Assembly: GCA_045638445.1 (NCBI GenBank)
Contig: JAZUBJ010000106.1
Span: 1-40,045, forward strand
DNA: 40,045 bases
Direction of reading: 5' to 3'
From: Bacilli bacterium
GTDB lineage: Bacteria; Bacillota_I; Bacilli_A; RF39; UBA660
In this document: positions 25,651 through 33,197 of the stretch, one piece after another
Position numbering within the stretch: the first letter of the stretch is position 1
Layout of the letters: the number at the start of each line of letters is the position of its first letter
Made by a program: the position numbers and the translations under genes
Notes under the pieces: model-generated
Database searches by the model: none
Seen by the model: only the letters and a program-made list of their open reading frames with translations
What the model was told of the DNA's origin: nothing

Positions 25651-26917
25651 ATTGACATCTCCGAAACAAGATGAATTTATTAGGAATGCAACACATAGAT
25701 ACAATATAAAAGTAGGAGCTAGAAGATGTGGTAAAACCTATTTAGACAACTTATGGACTATACCAACACGAATATTAGAACGAAGTGGTAAAGATGGGTT
25801 GTATGTTATTCTAGGCGTATCTAAAGGCACGATAGAGCGAAATGTATTACAACCTTTAAGGCAGATTTATGGAAAGAATTTAGTTGGTACAATTAATTCA
25901 AACAACATAGCTAAGTTATTTAACGAAGAAGTTTATTGTCTTGGTGCTGAAAAAATAAGCCAAGTTTCTAAAATTCAGGGTACATCAATTAAATATTGTT
26001 ATGGTGATGAGGTTGCCAAGTGGAATCAGGAAGTATTTATTATGGTTCAAGGATCGTTAGATAAGCCTTATTCTATGTTTGATGGAGCATTAAACCCGGA
26101 AAATCAATCACATTGGTTGAAAAAAGATTTTCTTGATAAAGTTGAAGAAAAAGGGCTTGATGTTTACGTTCAACATTACACGATATTTGACAATCCTTTT
26201 TTAAGTAAAGAATTTGTTGATAACTTATGTAAAGAATACGAAGGAACAGTATTTTATGATAGATTGATACTTGGACTATGGAAAAATGCAGAAGGTATTA
26301 TATATAAACAATTTGCAGACAATCCAAGCGAATATATAAAAGAAAAAGCAATTGATGAACGTGGCAACCCAATTAACTTTATGATTATATCAATTGGGAT
26401 AGACTATGGAGCAACGCAAGGTGAAACTGAATTTAAAGCAACAGGAATAACACCTTATTTTAAACAAGTTTGGACTTTAGACGAGGAAAAGTTGAGTGGC
26501 TTACATTCACCAGAGCAAATGTATGAAAAGTTTGTAGAGTTTTATAGACGAGTTGTTGATAATTATGGTAAAGTTACCCATGCTTTCGGCGATTATGGTG
26601 CATTAGGTCAAGTTATTACTTATGGTTTAAATAGACACTTACAACAAAAAGGAATACCTTTACAAGTTCAGGATTGTATCAAGGGTAGAATCGTTGACAG
26701 AATCGAGTTAGATTGCCATTTATTTGGGCAAATGCGTAGGTTTATACTTCGCAAGTGTAAATACCTTATAGAAGCATATTCTCAGGCTCTGTGGGATGAT
26801 AAAAAGGAAGATGAAAGACTTGACGATGGAACAACACCGATAGATGATTTGGACGCATCGGAATATTCAATGTTTCCATTTTACGATAAACTTATGATGA
26901 ATATACAAGGGAGGTAG
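25628..26917 (+). CDS. terL: Terminase large subunit
   Basis: Walker A GARRCGKT and Walker B-like CYGDEVAKW, about 425 aa, upstream of the portal. The likely true start is the ATG at 25643. Confidence 0.85.
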   Translation: MMVLTMGKLTSPKQDEFIRNATHRYNIKVGARRCGKTYLDNLWTIPTRILERSGKDGLYVILGVSKGTIERNVLQPLRQIYGKNLVGTINSNNIAKLFNEEVYCLGAEKISQVSKIQGTSIKYCYGDEVAKWNQEVFIMVQGSLDKPYSMFDGALNPENQSHWLKKDFLDKVEEKGLDVYVQHYTIFDNPFLSKEFVDNLCKEYEGTVFYDRLILGLWKNAEGIIYKQFADNPSEYIKEKAIDERGNPINFMIISIGIDYGATQGETEFKATGITPYFKQVWTLDEEKLSGLHSPEQMYEKFVEFYRRVVDNYGKVTHAFGDYGALGQVITYGLNRHLQQKGIPLQVQDCIKGRIVDRIELDCHLFGQMRRFILRKCKYLIEAYSQALWDDKKEDERLDDGTTPIDDLDASEYSMFPFYDKLMMNIQGR

Positions 26918-26920
26918 TTT

Positions 26921-27127
26921 ATGAAATTATTTAATTTATTTAAAAAGAAAAATAAACAAACTACTTTTTGTTATTGCCCAGATTGTGGTAATGAATTAAT
27001 AAGTAGTAATAGTTTTATTAAAGATGAATATTATGTTTATTATAAATGTTCAAAATGCGGTAAAGAAACAAAATGGATTTTTGATACACCTGTACCTATT
27101 TTGATAAAAGATTTAAAGGAGGACTAG
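26921..27127 (+). CDS. Zinc-ribbon protein (68 aa)
   Basis: CPDCGNEL ... CSKCGKE (two CxxC pairs). Confidence 0.55.
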   Translation: MKLFNLFKKKNKQTTFCYCPDCGNELISSNSFIKDEYYVYYKCSKCGKETKWIFDTPVPILIKDLKED

Positions 27128-27128
27128 T

Positions 27129-28559
27129 ATGAAATTAGAAAAGTTTTTACAAGATAATTATAATTACAACCCAGATGTTAAAAATGTATTAGCAAGTTAT
27201 ATTGACCAATGGAAGAGTTGGTATCAGGGGAATGTAAAATCATTCCACAATTATTTTATTTACAATGGTAAAAAGAAAGTGCCACAACAAAGATATACAA
27301 TGAACATGGCAAAGGAAATTAGCGAAGATTGGTCAGATATTTTATGGAGTGAAAAATGCCAAGTATCAATGGCAGATGAAACTTCACAAGAACAATTTGA
27401 TGAGTTAGTAGAAGCACTAGATTTATATGTGTTAATTAACCAATCAATAGAAAAATCAGGTGGTTTAGGAACTGAATCAGCCGTAGTGAGTGTATATGAT
27501 ATTATTGAAAATGAAGAAGGAATGACTTTGGATGTATCAAGTGCTAAAACCAGAGTTGATTTGGTAGATGTTGACTGGATATTCCCATTAAGCTGGACTA
27601 ACAAGGGCATAACTGAATGTGCGTTTGGTAGCGTTGAATATATTAAAGGTAAAAAACATATAGTATTATCAGTTCATCAATTAAATGATGCAGGAAATTA
27701 TGTTATTAAAAATCATTTATTTATGGAAACAAATGGAAATTTAACTGAAATTGTAAATCGTGATAATACAATAAATGAATTTGATACAAAATCAGATATT
27801 AAATGGTTTGCAATATTTAAGCCATTATTAACAAATAATTTATTTAATAATTCACCTTTTGGGATTCCACATTATGCAAATGCGATTGATAACTTAAAAG
27901 CAGTTGATATTTCATTTGATGCTTTAAAGAACGAAGTAAATGATGGCAGAAAAAGAACGTTTGTTAGAGCGGAATTGTTTAATTATGATGAAGGGCAACA
28001 AAAATTGGTATTTGATCCAAACGATACAACAGTTTATCAATTGCCACAAGGTGCGACTAAAGATGATTTGATTCAGAGTGAAAGTGATAGTTTAAGAACT
28101 GCGCAACAAATTGAAACATTGAACACTAACTTAAATATTTTAGGAAGTAAAGTTGGATTTGGTGAAAATCATTATCATTATGACGGAACTAATTTATCAA
28201 CTGCAACTGCTGTTGTAAGTTCAAATAGTAAGTTATTCAGAAGAAAGAAAAAACTTGAAATTGGGTACGAAAGTGCTATTTATGATTTGGTAAAGGCTGT
28301 TTGCTATGCTTCAAGTGAGTTCGGTCAATATAACATAAATACAGATGACATGGTTGTTCAATTTGACGATAGTATAATCGAAGATAAAGAAGCAGAAAGC
28401 AATAGAGCTATGAGAGAAGTAAGCGCAGGATTATTGAGCAAGGTTGATTATAGAGTTCAAGTGTTTGGCGAAACACCAGAAATAGCACAACAAAAAATTG
28501 CTGAAATAGAAGAAAACAATCCAACAGTGCAAGATTTATTGGGAACAAATAACGAATAG
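27129..28559 (+). CDS. Portal protein
   Basis: 476 aa, immediately downstream of the terminase. Size and position are typical of SPP1/A118-type portals. Confidence 0.8.
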   Translation: MKLEKFLQDNYNYNPDVKNVLASYIDQWKSWYQGNVKSFHNYFIYNGKKKVPQQRYTMNMAKEISEDWSDILWSEKCQVSMADETSQEQFDELVEALDLYVLINQSIEKSGGLGTESAVVSVYDIIENEEGMTLDVSSAKTRVDLVDVDWIFPLSWTNKGITECAFGSVEYIKGKKHIVLSVHQLNDAGNYVIKNHLFMETNGNLTEIVNRDNTINEFDTKSDIKWFAIFKPLLTNNLFNNSPFGIPHYANAIDNLKAVDISFDALKNEVNDGRKRTFVRAELFNYDEGQQKLVFDPNDTTVYQLPQGATKDDLIQSESDSLRTAQQIETLNTNLNILGSKVGFGENHYHYDGTNLSTATAVVSSNSKLFRRKKKLEIGYESAIYDLVKAVCYASSEFGQYNINTDDMVVQFDDSIIEDKEAESNRAMREVSAGLLSKVDYRVQVFGETPEIAQQKIAEIEENNPTVQDLLGTNNE

Positions 28560-28573
28560 GTAGGTGATACCTA

Positions 28574-29806
28574 GTGTTAGACGAAAGACTAATTGATTTA
28601 TTAGTAGAACGCCTTGTAGATAGAATAGAACAAGGCAACACTTATGTATTAGAACAAATAGGCAAGAATATCAAGAAAGTTGGTACTCTTACGCCTAGTA
28701 AGGCACAACAACTTGTAAATGTTCTTAAATATGGTGGTAATTATGATAATATTGTTAAAAAACTTGCGAAGGTTACCGACTTAAATGTCGCCGACATCTA
28801 TGAAATATTTGAAGAAGTTGCTAAGAATGATTATCAATTTGCTAAGCAGTTTTATGATTACAAAGGTGTTAAATACATTCCTTATGAAGAAAATTTTGCT
28901 TTACAAAGACAAGTTCAAGCGTTGGCAAGAATAACTGCAAATGAGTATGTTAATCTTAGTAATACACTTGCTTTCACAACACGAGATAAGTTCGGTAAGG
29001 TTGTTTATACTGACCTTTCTAGAACGTATCAAGATGTTATTGATAAGGCTGTTTTAAGCGTAGCACAAGGCAAAACTACATTTGATGAAGAAATGTATAA
29101 GAGTATCAAAGAACTTGCTTCTAGTGGCATAAAAACGGTTGATTATGCAAGTGGTAGAGCAGTTAGATTAGATTCAAGTGTTAGACAACATATGAAAGGT
29201 GCATTGAGAAACTTACACAATGAAACACAAGCAGTATTCGGTGAAGAATTTGGCTCTGATGGCGTAGAGATTAGTGTTCATATTAATCCAGCACCTGACC
29301 ACGCCGAAGTTCAAGGTAAACAATTTAGTAAAGAAGAATTTGTGAAGTTTCAAAATGACGATGATGCTTATGATTATAAAGGTAAGTTCTTTCCAGCAGT
29401 ATCAGAAGAAACTGGACACGATAGACGTTCTATAAGCGAACATAACTGTTATCATTACACTTTTGATATTGTGTTGGGTGTTAGTAAGCCAAATTATAGT
29501 AATGAAGAATTACAAAAGATAATTGATGATAATAACAAAGGTTTTGAATTAGATGGGAAGCACTATACTAATTATGAAGGCACTCAATTACAAAGAAAGC
29601 TAGAAACTGAAATTAGAAGGCAAAAAGATATTCAGATTATGGCGAAAGCAAGTGATAACAAAGAATTAGTGCAAGAAAGCCAACAAAAGATAACACAACT
29701 AACAAAGAAATATAAACAATTGAGTGACATTAGTGGTTTACCAACTAAAATGGAACGAATGCGTGTTAGTGGTTATCGCCGAGTTAATGTTGCAAAAATG
29801 AAATAG
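28574..29806 (+). CDS. Minor head protein (SPP1 gp7 / Mu F-like)
   Basis: 410 aa directly after the portal, GTG start with GGTAGGTGA RBS. Confidence 0.65.
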   Translation: MLDERLIDLLVERLVDRIEQGNTYVLEQIGKNIKKVGTLTPSKAQQLVNVLKYGGNYDNIVKKLAKVTDLNVADIYEIFEEVAKNDYQFAKQFYDYKGVKYIPYEENFALQRQVQALARITANEYVNLSNTLAFTTRDKFGKVVYTDLSRTYQDVIDKAVLSVAQGKTTFDEEMYKSIKELASSGIKTVDYASGRAVRLDSSVRQHMKGALRNLHNETQAVFGEEFGSDGVEISVHINPAPDHAEVQGKQFSKEEFVKFQNDDDAYDYKGKFFPAVSEETGHDRRSISEHNCYHYTFDIVLGVSKPNYSNEELQKIIDDNNKGFELDGKHYTNYEGTQLQRKLETEIRRQKDIQIMAKASDNKELVQESQQKITQLTKKYKQLSDISGLPTKMERMRVSGYRRVNVAKMK

Positions 29807-29808
29807 GT

Positions 29809-29818
29809 GTGGTATAAT
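29809..29818 (+). promoter_or_regulatory. GTGGTATAAT motif copy 5 (extended -10 promoter)
   Basis: Exact 10-mer 3 nt after the minor head protein stop codon. Confidence 0.45.
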
Positions 29819-29824
29819 TTAATT

Positions 29825-29974
29825 GTCACAGAGTAACTAGTTGTGGGCAAGAGTTAAATATAAAGTTGGCATTTTATAGAGTTCCCACTGTCAGACAGCC
29901 AGTCAAGTCATTATTAACGTGATATGATAAAGTCGAATGTGATATTTAGAAAAGAGAAATCTTTTCTTTTTTTT
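29825..29974 (+). ncRNA. Candidate small non-coding RNA (about 150 nt) bounded by a promoter and a terminator
   Basis: No ORF with an RBS. It is locally more GC-rich than its surroundings (gtggg...cccac, cagacagccagtc) and sits between TGgTATAAT and a hairpin plus T7. Confidence 0.3.
29948..29974 (+). terminator. Rho-independent terminator
   Basis: agaaaag-agaaat-cttttct hairpin followed by T7. The stem is AT-rich, so it is only moderately strong. Confidence 0.5.
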
Positions 29975-29975
29975 G

Positions 29976-30005
29976 TTGACAAATTGTATAAATGTTGTGT
30001 ATAAT
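29976..30005 (+). promoter_or_regulatory. Sigma-A type promoter (TTGACA-18-TATAAT)
   Basis: Consensus hexamers immediately after the terminator, driving the RHH operon. Confidence 0.6.
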
Positions 30006-30025
30006 ATGTGTAGTGAGGTGATAAA

Positions 30026-30160
30026 ATGGTAAAAGTTAGAAAAAATATAAGTATTGATGAAACAATATGGAAGAAACTTCAAGAACTTGCAAAGAAAGAA
30101 AACAGAAGTGCAAGTAATTTTATAGAATATTTAATAGAAAAATGGGAAAAGGGTGAATAG
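30026..30160 (+). CDS. Ribbon-helix-helix protein (44 aa)
   Basis: Not in the track. RBS GTGAGGTGA. ISIDETIWKKLQELAKKENRSASNFIEYLI fits the RHH pattern. Confidence 0.6.
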   Translation: MVKVRKNISIDETIWKKLQELAKKENRSASNFIEYLIEKWEKGE

Positions 30161-30161
30161 A

Positions 30162-30407
30162 ATGACAAGATTAGAACAAAGAAAGAATAGTGTTGAGAAA
30201 ACATTGAAAGATTTTAAAATACCTTATGAAACAATGTACGATAGAAGATATTTTAAAATAACATATCAAGGGCATAAGTTGTTATTAGAAGTAACAAATA
30301 GATATATTGATATTAGAAATAGAAAAGACACAATGAGTTATGGTTTTTTTGAAGGAGTAACTGATTTTAGATATTCTATTGAAAATGGTTATAGTTTAAT
30401 AGATTAA
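30162..30407 (+). CDS. Hypothetical protein (81 aa) coupled to the RHH gene
   Basis: The ATG at 30162 lies 1 nt after the RHH stop codon. The track models a GTG start at 30153. Confidence 0.5.
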   Translation: MTRLEQRKNSVEKTLKDFKIPYETMYDRRYFKITYQGHKLLLEVTNRYIDIRNRKDTMSYGFFEGVTDFRYSIENGYSLID

Positions 30408-30426
30408 AAGAAAGCGGTGAGTAATA

Positions 30427-30861
30427 ATGGAATTAAAAGAAGGAATGTATGTAAGAACTAAAAGAGGATTAATTGCCAAATATATAGGGTTTGAAAAAGA
30501 TGAAGAAGAAAATGAATATAGCAAGTATAATTTTAATGGAAAAATATATTGGTATTATGAATATTACAATGATTATGTTTATGAAGAAGATTTTGAAGAA
30601 TGGTTTGAAGCAAGTGTTATCAAAATAAGTAATAACATAATAGACTTAATAGAAGTTGGAGATATATTAGAAATTAATAATGAAAAATATGAAGTCATTT
30701 ATGATAAAAGTTATGAAAAATTAGGAATTTTAATACCTAGTAGAGAAGAATTATCAATAAGGCATAGTGCTTTAGAATATGTTTTTAAAAAATATAAGGT
30801 ATCAATAGTAACAAAAGAACAATTTTCACAAATGGAATATAAGATAAGTTTGGAGGGGTAA
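30427..30861 (+). CDS. Hypothetical protein (144 aa), Tyr/Glu-rich
   Basis: ORF with GGTGAG RBS. No motif recognised. Confidence 0.55.
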   Translation: MELKEGMYVRTKRGLIAKYIGFEKDEEENEYSKYNFNGKIYWYYEYYNDYVYEEDFEEWFEASVIKISNNIIDLIEVGDILEINNEKYEVIYDKSYEKLGILIPSREELSIRHSALEYVFKKYKVSIVTKEQFSQMEYKISLEG

Positions 30862-30862
30862 T

Positions 30863-31027
30863 GTGGAAATAGAAGATATAATTGAACAATTAGATAGAAT
30901 AGAAAGAATGTTGTTTACTTTATTAAATGAAACAGATAAAGAAAAGTTTAAAAATGAAAAAATAGAAAAATATAAAATTCAACTTAATTTATATGAAAAA
31001 ATGTTAAAACAAGAAGAAAATAAATAG
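30863..31027 (+). CDS. Small coiled-coil protein (54 aa, GTG start)
   Basis: Not in the track. The GGAGGGG RBS lies 4 nt upstream of the GTG. Confidence 0.35.
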   Translation: MEIEDIIEQLDRIERMLFTLLNETDKEKFKNEKIEKYKIQLNLYEKMLKQEENK

Positions 31028-31062
31028 AAAGGTTTGTGAGGTTATGAAAAATAATTTAGGAG

Positions 31063-31362
31063 ATGATGATTGTGAATGAAAAAATAGGAAGATATACAGA
31101 AGATGAAATATTAGAGCATTTAACCAAAGGAGAAGGTAGAGGATTTTTAGGAAGAAGTATGTACGATGCTATCTTCGATAAAATACACGCTTTAAAAACT
31201 GAAAATGAACAGACAAAAAAAGAAAATGCACGATTAAAAGATAAAAATAAAGATTTAGAAGAATGGTTAGAAGCAATGGCAAGTATGTATGAAAATGAAT
31301 ATAAAGATGTAGATGCTTCTGAACATTATAAATGTATGTTACATAAATTAAAAGAAAACTAG
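31063..31362 (+). CDS. Hypothetical coiled-coil protein (about 97 aa)
   Basis: ORF ending at a terminator. The start is ambiguous (ATG at 31063/31066 or GTG at 31072). Confidence 0.5.
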   Translation: MMIVNEKIGRYTEDEILEHLTKGEGRGFLGRSMYDAIFDKIHALKTENEQTKKENARLKDKNKDLEEWLEAMASMYENEYKDVDASEHYKCMLHKLKEN

Positions 31363-31386
31363 CAATTTGCCTAGTTTCTTTTTTTA
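31356..31386 (+). terminator. Rho-independent terminator
   Basis: aaactag / ctagttt stem overlapping the stop codon, followed by a T run. Confidence 0.55.
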
Positions 31387-31395
31387 TGTTATAAT
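31367..31395 (+). promoter_or_regulatory. Promoter (TTGCCT-17-TGtTATAAT) embedded in the terminator, same layout as at 8907
   Basis: The -35-like TTGCCT lies inside the hairpin. The extended -10 is at 31387-31395. Confidence 0.5.
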
Positions 31396-31436
31396 TTGGC
31401 TAGTAGTAAATGAGTGTCGTGCGGGGAGAATAAAAA

Positions 31437-31745
31437 ATGCTAGAGAAAATCGTATTAAGTGCTATTGGTGTAATAGTAACAAGTGTAGTAACGGGGCTTA
31501 TTGGTTATTTTAAAGGAAAAATGCAAGGTTATAAAAGTAGAGATAGTAGGCAAGAAGAAGCTCTTAAATGTCTTTTAAGAAGTAATATAACAAGCAAATA
31601 TTATGTTTATAGCGAATTAAAAGAGATACCATATTATGAAAAAGAAAATATTGACCGCATGTTTGAACAATATAAAAACATGGGTGGGAACTCTTATGTA
31701 GATACTATTGTTAGAGAAATAAACCAATTACCAACGAAAAAGTAG
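31437..31745 (+). CDS. N-terminally membrane-anchored protein (102 aa), monocistronic
   Basis: TM segment IVLSAIGVIVTSVVTGLIGYF followed by a soluble domain. It has its own promoter and terminator. Confidence 0.6.
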   Translation: MLEKIVLSAIGVIVTSVVTGLIGYFKGKMQGYKSRDSRQEEALKCLLRSNITSKYYVYSELKEIPYYEKENIDRMFEQYKNMGGNSYVDTIVREINQLPTKK

Positions 31746-31767
31746 TATTTATGTACTATTTTTTTAT
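31741..31767 (+). terminator. Weak rho-independent terminator
   Basis: agtagta / tactatt stem (one G-U pair) plus a T run. Confidence 0.4.
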
Positions 31768-31773
31768 TTTTAA

Positions 31774-31801
31774 TTGACTTTTGAGAAAATTTATATATAA
31801 T
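31774..31801 (+). promoter_or_regulatory. Sigma-A type promoter (TTGACT-16-TATAAT)
   Basis: Near-consensus hexamers upstream of the membrane protein leader. Confidence 0.55.
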
Positions 31802-31815
31802 AATAAGACAAAAGA

Positions 31816-31855
31816 AAAAAGGGAGTCCTAAGATGACTTCTTTTTTGTTTTTTTT
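31816..31855 (+). promoter_or_regulatory. Leader terminator/attenuator hairpin between the promoter and the membrane protein gene
   Basis: 12-bp stem (aaaaagggagtc / gacttctttttt, two G-U pairs) with a 7-nt loop, followed by G and T8. It lies downstream of the promoter and upstream of the start codon. Confidence 0.5.
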
Positions 31856-31880
31856 AGAGGGAGGTGAGAAAGGTGTTTAA
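31833..31880 (+). CDS. Leader mini-ORF (15 aa, MTSFLFFLEGGEKGV)
   Basis: GGGAG RBS 7 nt upstream. The ORF runs through the 3' arm and T run of the leader hairpin and overlaps the start of the main gene. Confidence 0.3.
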   Translation: MTSFLFFLEGGEKGV

Positions 31881-33066
31881 AGATTATAACAAGTATTTAA
31901 GTGCAAGTTTAAAAGTGTATATTTTTGTATTAGTAATAGTGTTTATAATGAAGTTGGTGGGGTTAGATTATTTTGGATTAGATGTAAACAATTCGATTTT
32001 TACCAAAGTTTTTACATTTTTAGCTAAATATAAAATCGATTATGTTTTACAAATATTATGTTTATATTTAAATTTTTATTTGTTAAAGAGCATAATATTT
32101 AAAGATTGCAAATTTGATTTTGAAACAATATTAATTCCAACGATAATTAACATTGGTACATACTTTTTACTTAAATATGACTTACAAGAGTTATATTCGA
32201 TGTTTAATATTTTAGTGTTGTTTTTATATTTTGTTATCAAAAAAGTTAAAATTAAAAGAATTTTAAAGGTTTTTATTATTAATATTGTCCTTCAATTTAT
32301 TAGTAGTGTTATTAGAAACTATGATATCAATAACTATATAACTTTGATTAATTTAATGATGAATATAGATTATTATATAATGCTAATTATTTGGTATAAA
32401 TTAGAAAAACAAGGAGGTGTTAAAAAATGGGAGAATGGCCAGGAAGTTTATTCTTATTCGCTAAAGAAGATAAACTTGGGGAAATTGCTGAAAAGATTGC
32501 AAGAAAACTTGCATAAATTTAAGCAAAAACAAAAAGTTGAAAAATTAACAATTATTATTTATTTGTTTTTAAGTTTGATATGGAATACATTTACAGTAAT
32601 TTTTGTTCTTTTTGTAGCATCATTAAATGACACATTTATTGAATGTATATTCATAATAACTTCATTCTGGTTATCCAAAAGAGCATTTGGTAAGGCATTT
32701 CATCTATCTAGTATGATCCAATGTTTTATTGTTTCAAATATTAGTTATTATATACTAAATAGAATTACAACACCTTTAGGAATTAGTATATTAATTCCAA
32801 TAATGTTAGGAGTAGGTTTATCGTATGTTACATCAAAATTGGTGAAGAAAACATACAAGCCACTTTATAAAGGTATGTCAAAGGAACTATTTGAAGAAAC
32901 AATATTAAAGGTTGTGGACAAAGATAGCCAGAAGTATAAGATATGTTACGACTTTTATATTAATAAGAAAAGTGATTTATCACTATCTTTGAAATATAAT
33001 TATTCAGTCGCAGGTATTAGAAAAATTAAGGATAGAATAAATGATAAAATTAAAAGACTTGATTAA
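31864..33066 (+). CDS. Polytopic membrane protein (about 400 aa) with an AgrB-like His/Cys motif in its C-terminal half
   Basis: About 10 hydrophobic segments. WLSKRAFGKAFHLSSMIQCFIVS reproduces the R-x6-H-x6-C-x3-S spacing of AgrB (S. aureus RRHAHGAHAPSSFWCYVES). The probable start is the GTG at 31873. Confidence 0.45.
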   Translation: MRKVFKDYNKYLSASLKVYIFVLVIVFIMKLVGLDYFGLDVNNSIFTKVFTFLAKYKIDYVLQILCLYLNFYLLKSIIFKDCKFDFETILIPTIINIGTYFLLKYDLQELYSMFNILVLFLYFVIKKVKIKRILKVFIINIVLQFISSVIRNYDINNYITLINLMMNIDYYIMLIIWYKLEKQGGVKKWENGQEVYSYSLKKINLGKLLKRLQENLHKFKQKQKVEKLTIIIYLFLSLIWNTFTVIFVLFVASLNDTFIECIFIITSFWLSKRAFGKAFHLSSMIQCFIVSNISYYILNRITTPLGISILIPIMLGVGLSYVTSKLVKKTYKPLYKGMSKELFEETILKVVDKDSQKYKICYDFYINKKSDLSLSLKYNYSVAGIRKIKDRINDKIKRLD

Positions 33067-33079
33067 AGTCTTTTTTTTT
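33052..33079 (+). terminator. Rho-independent terminator
   Basis: aaaagact / agtctttt 8-bp stem with the stop codon in the loop, followed by a T run. Confidence 0.65.
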
Positions 33080-33122
33080 GTATTATTTTGTATCGTTTTT
33101 AAAATCTATAATTAAGTTAGAA

Positions 33123-33171
33123 AGGAGATGCAAACAATGAAAAATAAAACCCTGCTGATGTTTGCTCTCCT
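33123..33171 (+). promoter_or_regulatory. RBS-sequestering hairpin in the leader of the 33198 operon
   Basis: 13 bp with one bulge: aggagatgcaaaca pairs with tgtttgctctcct. The left arm contains the AGGAG of the mini-ORF. Confidence 0.4.
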
Positions 33172-33184
33172 TTTGTTTATTTAA
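33137..33184 (+). CDS. Mini-ORF (15 aa, MKNKTLLMFALLLFI)
   Basis: AGGAGA RBS 9 nt upstream. Its stop codon overlaps the RBS of the next gene. Confidence 0.3.
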   Translation: MKNKTLLMFALLLFI

Positions 33185-33197
33185 GGAGATGAAATAA

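Noticed and set aside
33137-33184. 15-aa mini-ORF downstream of the AgrB-like gene considered as the AgrD autoinducer propeptide
   Set aside because: It is too short (AgrD is about 40-50 aa). It has no Cys or Ser for thiolactone or lactone formation and no acidic C-terminal recognition tail. It looks like a leader peptide.
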